Source of the DNA: Rhynchobatus australiae | Taxonomy: Eukaryota | Direction of reading: 5' to 3' | Assembly (NCBI GenBank): GCA_034780895.1 | Contig: JAUZTB010000027.1 | Coordinates: forward strand, 34,282,929-34,346,928 | DNA: 64,000 nucleotides | Part shown: piece by piece, positions 52,701-64,000 of the stretch | How positions within the stretch are numbered: position 1 is the first letter of the stretch | How the letters are laid out: every line of letters begins with the position of its first letter | Program-made: the position numbers and the translations under genes | Notes under the pieces: generated by a model | Told to the model about the DNA's origin: nothing | Seen by the model: only the letters and a program-made list of their open reading frames with translations | The model's database searches: none

Positions 52701-54044
52701 AAATACTGCACATAAAAGTATCAGCAAAACATGTTTTGCATTTTATAAGCAGCACAATGATCCACATTTTGCATGATCTCTTGGCTCGATATTGTTGTGC
52801 AGTTGCCTATAAAAATCAGCGCGACATCAGGAATTATTCATTAACGCCATACGTTCATGCACCTATTTCTTAACATAAAATTCTCCCTAAAAGACCAATA
52901 AATAATTCAAAAATGTATGATAAAATACTGCTGATTAACTTTTTATTGTTACAGTTACAGAAACAAAGTTAATAGTAAAAGTAGCAACCAGTTCCTGTGC
53001 TCATTTCAGTCTATTTGATTCATTGCAACTTGAAGATACATATGGTGCTTCATAATCTTAGACTAAGTGGCTATATTGCATAAATATTATTAGTAGTATT
53101 CTGATCCTGTGTACTTAGTCTTCCACAATGCAATATATTACTCTTCAATTTCTGCTTTCCATGTGAAGAGACANNNNNNNNNNNNNNNNNNNNNNNNNNN
53201 NNNNNNNNNNNNNNNNNNNNNNNNNNNNNNNNNNNNNNNNNNNNNNNNNNNNNNNNNNNNNNNNNNNNNNNNNCAATGCAATATATTACTCTTCAATTTC
53301 TGCTTTCCATGTGAAGAGACATTGTGAGCATGCCTGTTTTATGTTAAATTAATATCAGCAATCCAATGATAGTAATGGTATACAGATCACTCTTGCATCA
53401 TAATTGCTTGAGATTTTCTTTAAGCCATGAGATACTGTGTACATTTGTTTCAGCCGTTTCTATGCCATACCCATCCACTCTTTACACTTCCATGCATTCT
53501 TTTCGTGGGGTTTAGTTCACTTTCTGCACTGACCTCTCCTTTCTAGTATTTCAATTCCATTGCTGAGCAGGTTAGACAAATCTTTGCCTTGGGAAGAAAG
53601 GAACTTAGGAACTTCCCCTTAACTGCATTTTAACAAGGTCACAATAGGCGACACTGAACCTTTCCAAAACCTGTCAGTTACCACTTACAAAGACTACTTC
53701 CAAAATGAGGTAATCTAGGGAGGAGAACCATGGAGAAACAGTGGTCATTTCTTTCTCACAATGTTGCCTCAGTTTTCAGAGTCTATAAATATAGCATGAT
53801 AGTTCAACCCTCAAATCATTATCAAATATAAAATATAAAACTAAAAGCTGCTATTGGTATTATTAACGTTAAAGTCTCTTTTTGGTAATACCAATGGGAT
53901 TCTGAAAAAATATCTTACGTTGCAGCACATGTAAAATTGGCTATGAATGATGACTGTTGCTTTAAAGCTGTCACTGTTTAAAGATTGGGTTGCAATAATA
54001 TTTTATGGAAAGCTCCAGAGACAGTCAATGAAGAGTCCTTGAAT

Positions 54045-54097
54045 AAATCATGGTTAGCACAGACAGGGTGGGCCAAAGGGTCTATTTCTGTGCTTGT
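54045..54097 (+). mobile_element. CR1/V-SINE 3' tail
   Basis: tggttagcacagacagggtgggccaaagggtctatttctgtgc. Confidence 0.55.
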
Positions 54098-56019
54098 NNN
54101 NNNNNNNNNNNNNNNNNNNNNNNNNNNNNNNNNNNNNNNNNNNNNNNNNNNNNNNNNNNNNNNNNNNNNNNNNNNNNNNNNNNNNNNNNNNNNNNNNNNN
54201 NNNNNNNNNNNNNNNNNNNNNNNNNNNNNNNNNNNNNNNNNNNNNNNNNNNNNNNNNNNNNNNNNNNNNNNNNNNNNNNNNNNNNNNNNNNNNNNNNNNN
54301 NNNNNNNNNNNNNNNNNNNNNNNNNNNNNNNNNNNNNNNNNNNNNNNNNNNNNNNNNNNNNNNNNNNNNNNNNNNNNNNNNNNNNNNNNNNNNNNNNNNN
54401 NNNNNNNNNNNNNNNNNNNNNNNNNNNNNNNNNNNNNNNNNNNNNNNNNNNNNNNNNNNNNNNNNNNNNNNNNNNNNNNNNNNNNNNNNNNNNNNNNNNN
54501 NNNNNNNNNNNNNNNNNNNNNNNNNNNNNNNNNNNNNNNNNNNNNNNNNNNNNNNNNNNNNNNNNNNNNNNNNNNNNNNNNNNNNNNNNNNNNNNNNNNN
54601 NNNNNNNNNNNNNNNNNNNNNNNNNNNNNNNNNNNNNNNNNNNNNNNNNNNNNNNNNNNNNNNNNNNNNNNNNNNNNNNNNNNNNNNNNNNNNNNNNNNN
54701 NNNNNNNNNNNNNNNNNNNNNNNNNNNNNNNNNNNNNNNNNNNNNNNNNNNNNNNNNNNNNNNNNNNNNNNNNNNNNNNNNNNNNNNNNNNNNNNNNNNN
54801 NNNNNNNNNNNNNNNNNNNNNNNNNNNNNNNNNNNNNNNNNNNNNNNNNNNNNNNNNNNNNNNNNNNNNNNNNNNNNNNNNNNNNNNNNNNNNNNNNNNN
54901 NNNNNNNNNNNNNNNNNNNNNNNNNNNNNNNNNNNNNNNNNNNNNNNNNNNNNNNNNNNNNNNNNNNNNNNNNNNNNNNNNNNNNNNNNNNNNNTGGCAT
55001 TCTTGAAAAAGAGGATGAGGGCAAAAATGCTTGTTATGTACAATAACAATGCAAGTAGGTACAATAGGTCCAGATATTTAAATGATATTCACATACTTAC
55101 TTATGACCTGTGGGAAAATTGGTGTCCCATTTAACAAAGTCATAAAGAAGCTGCAAAATCACATTAACCCTGTGCTGTCAGAGGATGTGGAAAGTTAACC
55201 TATTAGGAGAAAGAATTAGTAGCTATATAATTTCTCTGAATGTTCTATTACAACATCATAACTTCAGTGCACTTCTGGATCAAATTTTGAGAGTGTAGAC
55301 TATTTGATGATCATATCCAGTCCAAGTTACTTAACACTATAAATTTAACATTTGATTGGGCTTGTAGGATTGCTATCGCAATGGAAATGCAAAGGAATTT
55401 CAACAGGTACAGAACATTAGTTTAAAGGCAGTATATGGACTAGTGGCAGATACAGATCTCCAACACTGAGTCCTGGCCACATGACCACAAATGGTACAAT
55501 AAGTGAACTTGGCAGGATTCCCTACTATTGCAATGTCCCCTATCCACAGCACAAAGATTTGGAAAAACAAGTTGGAAGTAGCAGAAGTATTCACAAAACT
55601 GGATCAGTTCCCATGTTTATGCCCAGCTCAATACTGGTGAAAAATATTAACACAGCTTGACAATTAACATGCAGAAGAAAGTGTACTTGTATGGCAAACT
55701 ACCATGTCGGGCAAAATTATCACCCAAAAATTTCCTTGTAACAATGAATAAGATGCTACAAGGGATCCACTGCAGTTTGATTTTCTAATTGCAACAATCA
55801 TTGTGAAAGCAAACTTTCAGGTATTTGAAGAACCGTTCAGAAAACTGCAGTAATACAATGTAAAACTTATGCATAACTGTTGTTTCGTGCAAATAATGGT
55901 AATTAATGTAGAGATTTTAGAGTAGCAGCCTGTTAAACGGAAAGTTGAGTCCATCAACAGAGCCAGAAAACTCTCTGCTCATGTTTAGGTTGGATCCAAT
56001 GCTATTCCAGATTTCTGCC

Positions 56020-56325
56020 AGACCGAGCCACAATCCTGACCTTGGGTGCCATCTGTGTGAAGTTTGCACATTCTCCCTGTGACCACGTGGGTTTCTTCTG
56101 GGTACTCCTGTATCCCCTCCCACATCCCAAAGACATCTAGGTTGGTAGGCTAAATGGCCAATTTAAATTGTCCCTGGTGTGAAGGTGAGTGGTAGAGTCA
56201 GCGGGATTTGATAAGAATAGGCAGAAAATAAAAATGGGATAAATGTAGAATTAGTGTAAATGGGTGGTTGATGGTTGGCAAATAGTTAGTGGGCTGAAGA
56301 GTCTATTTCCACTTTGTATCTTTAA
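56020..56325 (+). mobile_element. V-SINE/HE1-like SINE
   Basis: tcctgaccttgggtgccatctgtgtgaagtttgcacattctccctgtgaccacgtgggtttc...ctcccacatcccaaagac...taaattgtccc, ending in the CR1-type tail gtgggctgaagagtctatttccactttgtatct. Confidence 0.9.
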
Positions 56326-56936
56326 AACAAAACTCACTTCAGTAACTGCTAAAGAAAGACAAATGATGACAGTGGAGTAAAGACCAGCACAATGCTTATG
56401 ATCTGTGTAAGAAAAGTGAACTGATTTTGTTGACAACCATGGTTTACTTGCATTGCTAATCACTGCACAAATACCCTGGTTGCAATATATGTAACTAAGG
56501 AGTTGGGGCACTGATCAGTCACGTCACAAGCAATAGCCAGTTCTGCAGCTCAAAGCAAAAATAATCAAACTTGGAGGCGGCGGCACTGGAGATATGTACT
56601 TGTAGTTGCCAGGCTTCCTCAATACTTGCTTGGAAAATCATTCACACTAATCACTGATCACAAGCCACTGAAGGGCATTTCAGGACAGAAATCTGTTATC
56701 CTCATGATGGTGGCATCAAGGATGTAGAAGTGGGCCATCTTTTTGCCTCAAAATGACCATAACATTGAACATAGGGTACTCAAGCAGAATACTACAGGAT
56801 ATGCCTTGTGAAAAAAACAAACATACATTCTATAGGTACTGTATTAGGAGATGGCTTTCCCATCCCAACCATGGAAATAGCTAAAGCTAAACAGAGACAC
56901 CCTGCCTTGAAGAAAGAGCATGAATATATATATATA

Positions 56937-57048
56937 TGTGGAGAGGATGTTCCCATTAGTACAAGAGTCTAGGATCTAAGGACACAGTCTCAGAATAAAG
57001 GGACATCCCTTTAAAATTGAGATGAGGAGGAATTTCTTCAGCCAGAGG
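56937..57048 (+). mobile_element. CR1 ORF2 C-terminal fragment
   Basis: Reads VERMFPLVQESRI*GHSLRIKGHPFKIEMRRNFFSQR. Confidence 0.88.
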
Positions 57049-57220
57049 TGTCACAATGTTGAGCAAGAGCAAACACAGAACTCAAATGCAGCACACTGGT
57101 ACAGGACTGGAGTCAGGATAGTTACTCAGGACCAAACACCAGTAGCAGCAGCAGCTGGAAGGAATCTTGCCTCAGAGATCTGAGTAGGAATCCCAACACA
57201 AACTGAATCTTCAAACAGGA
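57049..57220. mobile_element. possible LTR (Gypsy-like) fragment
   Basis: Begins TGTCAC exactly where the CR1 frame (FFSQR) stops, with A/C-rich LTR-like composition. It runs into a gap, so the CA end and TSD are not visible. Confidence 0.4.
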
Positions 57221-57320
57221 NNNNNNNNNNNNNNNNNNNNNNNNNNNNNNNNNNNNNNNNNNNNNNNNNNNNNNNNNNNNNNNNNNNNNNNNNNNNNNNN
57301 NNNNNNNNNNNNNNNNNNNN

Positions 57321-58050
57321 TGGTTTATTATTGTCACATGTACTGAGGTATGGTGAAAAACTTGTCTTGCATACTGTTTATACAGATCAATTCATTACAA
57401 CGGTGCATTGAGGTAGTGCAAGGTAAAATGATAAAAGAATAACATGTAACAGCTACAGAGAGTGCAATACAAGGAGACAATAAGGTGCAAGGTTGTAACC
57501 AGGTAAATTTTGAGGTCAAGAGCCCATCTTATTGTACCAGGGAACCATTCAATAGTCTTATAACAGTGGGATGGAAGCTGTCCTTGAGCCTGGTGGTATG
57601 TGCTTTCAGGCTTTTGTATCTTTTGCCCAGTGGGAGTGGGTAGAAGAGAGAATGTCTGGGGCAGGGCAGGTGAGGTTTTTAATCACTTGGCTGATTTACA
57701 AAGACAGCAAGAAGTGTAGACAGAGTCCATGGAGGGGAGGCTAGTTTCTGTGATGTGCTGAGCTGTGTCCGTGACTCTCTGCAGTTTCTTGTGCTCATGG
57801 GTAGAGCAGTTGTCATACCAGGCCATGATGCATCTGGATAGGATGTTTTCTGTGGTGCATCGATAACAATTGGTGAGGCTTAAAGGGGATATGCTAAATT
57901 TCTTTAGCCTCCTGAGGAAGTAGAAGCATTGAGTTTGGCAGCGACGTCAACATGGTTGGACAACAGGCTATTGGTGACGTTCACTCCTAGAAACTTGAAG
58001 CTCTCAACTCTCTTGAAATCAGCACCATAGATGTAAACAGGGACATACAC
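57321..58050 (-). mobile_element. Rex1/Babar LINE 3' fragment
   Basis: 3' end tttattattgtcacatgtactgaggtatggtgaaaaacttg. Also ttataacagtgggatggaagctgtccttgagcctgg (rc: RLKDSFHPTVIR) and ctaggaaacttgaagctctcaac-like (rc: VESFKFLGV). Confidence 0.88.
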
Positions 58051-58054
58051 CTAA

Positions 58055-58350
58055 TCCCTTCTGCCTGCACGTGGTCCACATCCGTCCACTCTCTGCATAT
58101 TTGTGTGCCTCTCTTGTATCTTCTTCCACCATCACCCCTGGCAGTGTATTCCCTCTGTGTTTCTTTAAAAAAAATCTACCCCACACATCCCCTTTGAAGC
58201 TTCCCCCCCCCTCCCCCCAGCTTAAGTGCATACCCTTTCATATTAGACATTTTGACCCTGGGCAAAAAAGATAGTGGCTGTCTCTCTATGCCTCTTATTT
58301 TATATCAGGTCTTCCCTCAACCTCTGCTCCAGAGGAAATACCCTGGTTTT
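58055..58350 (-). mobile_element. CR1 3' fragment
   Basis: cttccaccatcacccctggcagtgtattcc...ccccacacatcccctttgaagc...tctctctatgcctcttatttt is the reverse complement of the CR1 C-terminus/UTR. Confidence 0.8.
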
Positions 58351-58789
58351 GATATCACACACAATTTTTCTCTCAAAATCAATTTTCTCCCTTACCTTAT
58401 CAGCTTTTTAATCTTTCTTTGTGAGTATTCAGACTGGTGAAGCAAGAGCTTTATAATGAATCAGCACTAAGCAGGAAACTAGTATATTGAGTTAAATTAT
58501 TTGTAGAGCCATACACATCATCTCCAAAATTAAACTTGGGTGCTGGAGGAAATAATGGACTGGGAGAAAGCAGATATGCTAGGGATTACTGAACTACAGT
58601 GGCAGAAGAATCAAGACTGAACATTAAACATTACAGTGTTTACAATGTACTTGGAGAAGAGTGGGATGTGAAGAAATTGTTCTTTCTAAGTATAACAACA
58701 GCATAAAAGCAGTGCCACATAATGAAGAAAAATTGCACTAAAAGGCATAATATACAGGTCATCACATCACGGAAGGCAAGTGGATGGAT

Positions 58790-58970
58790 GAGTATGCAGA
58801 TGAGTTGGTGAACTGTGCATAGAAATAGGCATGAAATAATCCTGGACCTCAATAACCCTGATATTGATGAGGAATAAGAGAACTGAGTACCTACAATTTA
58901 TACAGGACTCCTTCCCAACCCACTATGTAAAAAGCCCAGCAAGCAAGGATTCACTATGGTCCTATCAGCT
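58790..58970 (+). mobile_element. CR1 endonuclease-region remnant
   Basis: Decayed GDFN.PDID..., QFIQDSFPTHYVKSPASKDSL (consensus-like IQDSFL.QYV..PTR.DA.LDL). Confidence 0.55.
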
Positions 58971-59021
58971 GAGCAAAATAAAAGCAAGGTGTCTAAGCAA
59001 TCGTGTCCAGACTATACTTTA

Positions 59022-59115
59022 ACGTACATCATGGAAACAGACGGTTCGGCCCAATACGTCCTTGCCAACCATGGTGCCCACCAAGCTAGTCCTATTTGTC
59101 CGGGTTTGGCTCACA
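59022..59115 (-). mobile_element. CR1 3' tail
   Basis: catggaaacagacggttcggcccaatacgtccttgccaacc...ctagtcctatttgtccgggtttggctcaca. Confidence 0.75.
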
Positions 59116-59335
59116 GGTGTTCCCAAACCAGAAACCATGGATGAACCAGGAGATCCACTCCCTACTGAAGTTTAGGACTGCAACATTCAAATCAGGTGAC
59201 CCTGAACTGTACAAGTAAACAAGATATAGCCTCCATAAAGCTATCAGGGATGCCAAGAGACAACACCAGTTCAAAATTGAATGCCCAACCAGCTGTCAGT
59301 TGTGGCAGGGCTTGCATGCTGTAATGGGTTACAAG
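59116..59335 (+). mobile_element. Rex1/Babar internal ORF fragment
   Basis: Reads VFPNQKPWMNQEIHSLLKFRTATFKSGDPELYK*TRYSLHKAIRDAKRQHQFKIE..TSCQLWQGLHAVMGYK. Confidence 0.88.
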
Positions 59336-59699
59336 GTAAGGGAGAAGAATTTAAGTATAATGAAAGCCAGGTTAATAAGTTGGTGAAAAGCTGATTTTTG
59401 AGGGCCTGAGAATTAAACTTGGCTAGACAAATAGGGAGCAATGCCTTTACCGATGAAACATGCCGAACACTTCCTTCACCCCATAAAATCATGTATGTTT
59501 GAAATGATTGGCACCTTTACTACACCAATTGGTATGCTTGGGGTAATCCAAAGTAGTCATAGATAAACTAATTAATCTGAAGTGATGCCATTTTGTTTCC
59601 AACCAGATCCCACACACTGGAAGTTAAGTGAACAGTGAATTTCGTTTTCATGATGCTTATGGATTAATATTGAACAAATGAGAGTTTCATATTCTTTGT

Positions 59700-59835
59700 T
59701 TCATACATGGGATTTTTCTGGAAGGCCTTGATTTAACATCTCATTCAAAAAATGCCATTTCCTCAATACAGACTCATCTTGTGCTACTTCCTTAACACTT
59801 AGAATGGGGATTGAGCATACCATTTACTGATTTGT
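59700..59835 (-). mobile_element. SacSINE1-like remnant
   Basis: catgggattttt...ggccttgatttaacatctcattcaaaa...gaatggggattgagc. Confidence 0.45.
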
Positions 59836-60239
59836 TGATAGTTGACACTTAAATTTGTGAAAAGCCTATGTGCCACAGCACTTTGTTATTCCAAGGTTCC
59901 TAACAACTACATTGTATAAAAGCAAAAAAGACTAGTGGACTAGTGGTTTGGTTGGTACTTTGGATTTGTGTACTGTGGACTATGAAGAATATGAGGGAAA
60001 CCTAGATGAAAACTTCAAAACTTTGTAAACAGGGGAAAGCCATAGAGTGAATTAAATGTTTTTAGAATAATTACCCTTGCAAAGCTTCAGTATTTAGCTC
60101 CTCCCTTGCCTTCTTCATGCAGGCATGGCTCCCAGTCCTGAGATGATGGCACTTGGGGAAGGAAAATTGCCACCAACACAGAAAGCAAACAATAAAGCAG
60201 ATGGAATGACAAAGACTGAGTCCAAGTCGAAGGTAAGAA

Positions 60240-60360
60240 AAGTCAGTCAAGTTTATTGTCATGTGCACAGGTGCATGAAAAACTTGCCTGCAGCAGTATC
60301 ACAGACACATAACATTAGAGAGAGACACAATGCACGAGAAAAACATAAATCAAACATTAG
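60240..60360 (-). mobile_element. Rex1/Babar-type 3' end
   Basis: gtcaagtttattgtcatgtgcacaggtgcatgaaaaacttgcctgcagcagtatcacag resembles the 3' end at 57321. Confidence 0.6.
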
Positions 60361-63300
60361 TGTTGTAGCTCTCTAACTTAGATGATACTGCACCTGGGTT
60401 TCAACATTAACTGGGGTGAAGACAGTACATGAGATGAAAATGACCTAATGATGCTGTGTTAACATTAAGAACAGCTCCTGTTTGTCTAGGGCTTTAGTTC
60501 ACTTGGCTGACCCTGAGCCACAATAACCTTGTGTTCAATGTATTGATAATTTGAGCATGTGAAATGAAGGGTAATTATCAATTAAGATTTAGCATTTTAC
60601 ATTTTGGACATCCTGATGCCAGTATCAGTTGACACCATGTCAAATACAGCTTATTCAATGAGAGTAAAATTTGTTTTGCTCTTTTGTAACACCTGGACTT
60701 AATTCAGATATCAGCCATTACTAGTATACTTTGTCCAGCTTTATTGAGTTCCCATTTTAAGATGGTAAAAGAGCAGCAGCAGCCACCACCATACCTCCTC
60801 CACCCTGAACCAACAGTTTCTGGTCAATGGGGAGTGAAGAGCATTAGTATCTTTGGATAATAGCAGGAGTGTGCTGGTAGGCTTTTGGGAAAAGAAACAA
60901 ATCAGATATGGACTGAGATATTTATGACTTCATTGACCTCCTCAGATTGCTGTTCTGATCCCAATGGGCTATAAGTGCGCCTTTCTGTTTCATATAAATT
61001 ATCTTATGGTCTTAATATATATGGATAGATTCAGATACAGCTCTGAAGTGAAGATATGACACCTTGTCATTAGCAGATTGTATGAACTGTCCCCCAACTA
61101 AGGCTGTGTGAAGTGGCAGCAAAGGGGAGTGATACAGAGGAAGGTTATTGAAGAATTTTATGAGAAGACATGAACACCATGAACATGAAGGCATTGACTA
61201 GGAAACATGTCTATTGGCTGAGCTTTGACAAAAATGCTTACCAGTAGATTAATCATATATTAGAACTGCAGAACATAAACTTGTAAATAACCACAAGACT
61301 ATTCCAGTGGGTTGATATAGATTATTGTAATAACCATTCAAAATGCTAGAAGTAAAGCAAATGCAGTTAAGTTCTATCATAGGACATAAAATGGAGGAGA
61401 TAAGACCTATTGTTATCACAAATGTTTCTGATGATTATGGTGAACTATGTGGATCACTTTAGCTTGAATGATTCATGCACTGAAGAACTAGGTTATGGAA
61501 GGAGTATGGGAGACTATCATAACACATTGACTTGCTGCAATTCTCCATGCTATGGGAGAATGCCACATTCCATGTCAAGATTTACTTCTGCTGAAGTGAT
61601 AAAGAATAGAAGACTGTGAACACAGTTGCATCTCAACCAATCCAGTATGGAAAGGAAAGAGTGGAAATTAAAATGGGGAAAGTATCATGNNNNNNNNNNC
61701 AAACTGCAAAGAGGTTTAGTCTGCATGGCAGACTTTGTGTCCAAAGTTTTCCCAGCAGGCCAGAGACATAGAAATAGTCCAGATGTACAGGCCTTGGAAT
61801 TCTTCGGTGAAATAGCAAATTCTTTAAAATCCCTGTTGATCACTTAATTCTGGAAAACAATACCTTGAAGAATAACAAAGAAGCATGCGAGATTAAAGAT
61901 ATTTCACAAGTGAGTCCAAGTGTTGTCCAAGAACAGTCAATATGTAATATTTCTGATGAGAGTCGGATTAAGAGAAAATTATGAAATCCAGAGATGAATG
62001 ATATTTCAACAACACCATCAACACAAGTGACAGTACCACCACTGCAGAGATCACAGAGATCAAAAAACAGTGACTTACCTAAATTTATAAATACATTAGA
62101 ACAGGTTTTTTTTTTGAAAAAGGGGAAATGGTGTAGTATGAGTAATATAAATTATGAACAATAACTGTTACATTAAGGCTGTGACCCCCTTAATTCTTAT
62201 TGGGTTGCACTGTGCTTTTAAGAAAGTTTCAAAGACAGTCCACAAACAATTCTTGAATGAACTACACAGACTTTGTTCAAGATCCCCATTCCTCTTGTGT
62301 ATATATGTACATTCTACAATGGACTTTATTAAAGGTTAAGAACTCAGTGAGCACATATACATTACGGTGATGATCAGTTTCAGCAGTGATTAGTTAGCTA
62401 ATGTTTAATGAAATGCATGCATGGAAGTAGACCTTGAGAGTAATACCATCAAACGAGCTTGTCAGGAAGATGAGAATTTAGACTGAAACATACATATGTC
62501 AGTGATGATATTTAGTGCGAATGTCTCCAGGCTCCACTTTGAAGACTGATTTTTCTTTGCTAGTCAAGTGTTTCTCCAGTAAACATTTGGATTGATTTTC
62601 CTGAGCCATTAAATAAAAGATGCCTAAGATTGAGTAATGTATGCAATAGGAAACAAACTAAAGTTAATTATTTCTTAATAACTACCATGCTGCTATTGTA
62701 TTTTACCACAGCTGCTTTGCATTTTTATTTTTTATGCTGAATCCCACAACCCAACTTACAGACAGTAAGGGCATGAGGGCTACATCAAGGCTCCAAAATG
62801 TGAAGTCACAAAGCAAAAATGATGCCTTTATTAGCTGTAGGTCCGGATTGCAGCTTGTTTGCATGTATTTTCAGTGACAGTTATGTATTACTATTTTTCC
62901 TATTGTCATGGATTCTTTTGCTTCCATATGTAGGAGGGTTTGTGCACTTTAATACGAAAGGCTTCTGTGGTGGTCCTTGTTCCCTTGGTGGTTAGGGCAA
63001 GGGTGATTAATTTCCCAAATGATTATTTTTGACAAAATGAAAAATTAAACAAAACAAAGGAATACTGAGAAAAAAAGCTGGCAAAGAATTTTCCTCAAAT
63101 GGTATAATGTATGTAAAGTAGGAGTCCAACATTCAGCTTAAGATGGATGCTCTATGCCCTGACTTAAGGAACATGAACATCACAAATTATCACAATGAAA
63201 ACATTTTGAGAGCCCAGACTTGTACTGAGAGGAAAAATGGAACACAGATAGAGGAAGCTGATAGTATCAGCTGCAAAGGGGCTTTGTTTTTTCAAATGAT

Positions 63301-64000
63301 GTATGATTCCTGAGACAGGCTTAGCAAACAAATTACTGCCTCTATCCACTCCGGGAGAGTATTTGGGTACTTCAGGACAAACCACAGTTAGACAAACAAT
63401 GTTATAAGTTGGTACCAACTCAAAAAGCTATGAACAATGACTTATTCACTGTGTATCACAGGAAATACTGCCTTAAGTATTAATTATAGTTTAAAATGGG
63501 TAATTTATTATTTCATGGGTCTCTGGAGTAATAAGCCTACTGTTCAGACTTTACTGCAGAAAGGTTTTGTTCCAAAGGATTTCTTTGTGGTAAATAGTCT
63601 ATTAAACCAGTGGATGAGCTTAGAATTTGTCAATTGCTGGTTGTTCCAAATTTAGTCAGATCTGCAAGCATACTGGTTTTATTTAAGTTTAAGAAAAATG
63701 AACCTAGATGTGAAAGATGAAGAAATGATGACAGTCAATTTTCTTGTTTTATGGGATGGTATGGATGTGAACATGTTCTCAATCCCACAGCAGTTCCTGC
63801 TACAATGTAGTACCTGGTTGTGATCCATAAAGCCCTGATGTATGACACACTGCAATTCATACCATGAAGCTTTATAGGGGCAATGGATTATATGGTTCAT
63901 AGCTTGCTGGAGTTACCATTGTACTACAACATCTGAAAACAGTTATATACGAGTAACGAATTAATTCTTAAAATGACTCAATGAAAATGTCATCAGAAAG

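Noticed and set aside
1663-55134. Long ORFs (100-368 aa) made mostly of X
   Set aside because: Artefacts of translating N-runs.
1-64000. Prokaryotic-type systems (CRISPR, operons, defence islands) or an endogenous virus
   Set aside because: No regularly spaced repeats, no gene-dense segments and no viral protein motifs were seen; the sequence is vertebrate non-coding DNA.

Overview
This is AT-rich, CpG-depleted eukaryotic DNA with about 22 N-runs. The repeats point to a cartilaginous fish (shark or ray, possibly a batoid; inference). They include many CR1 LINE fragments, Rex1/Babar LINE fragments, V-SINE/HE1-like SINEs, SacSINE1/DeuSINE-like copies and Penelope-like termini. I cannot recognise any cellular protein-coding gene, tRNA, rRNA or CRISPR array. 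The ORF track is explained by N-runs, decayed LINE ORF2 pieces and chance short ORFs. The window reads as a large intron or gene desert. It contains several TE-poor, homeobox-motif-rich blocks that resemble conserved non-coding elements, plus a few unverified exon candidates. The most concrete oddities are a foldback micro-inversion inside a CR1 (8279-8382), exact direct duplications flanking fixed-size 100-N and 10-N gaps, a CpG-enriched possible first-exon region (14640-15095) and a nested TE cluster (56.0-60.4 kb). I found no convincing evidence of a new biological system. All repeat family calls come from recalled consensus motifs, not database searches, and the boundaries are approximate.
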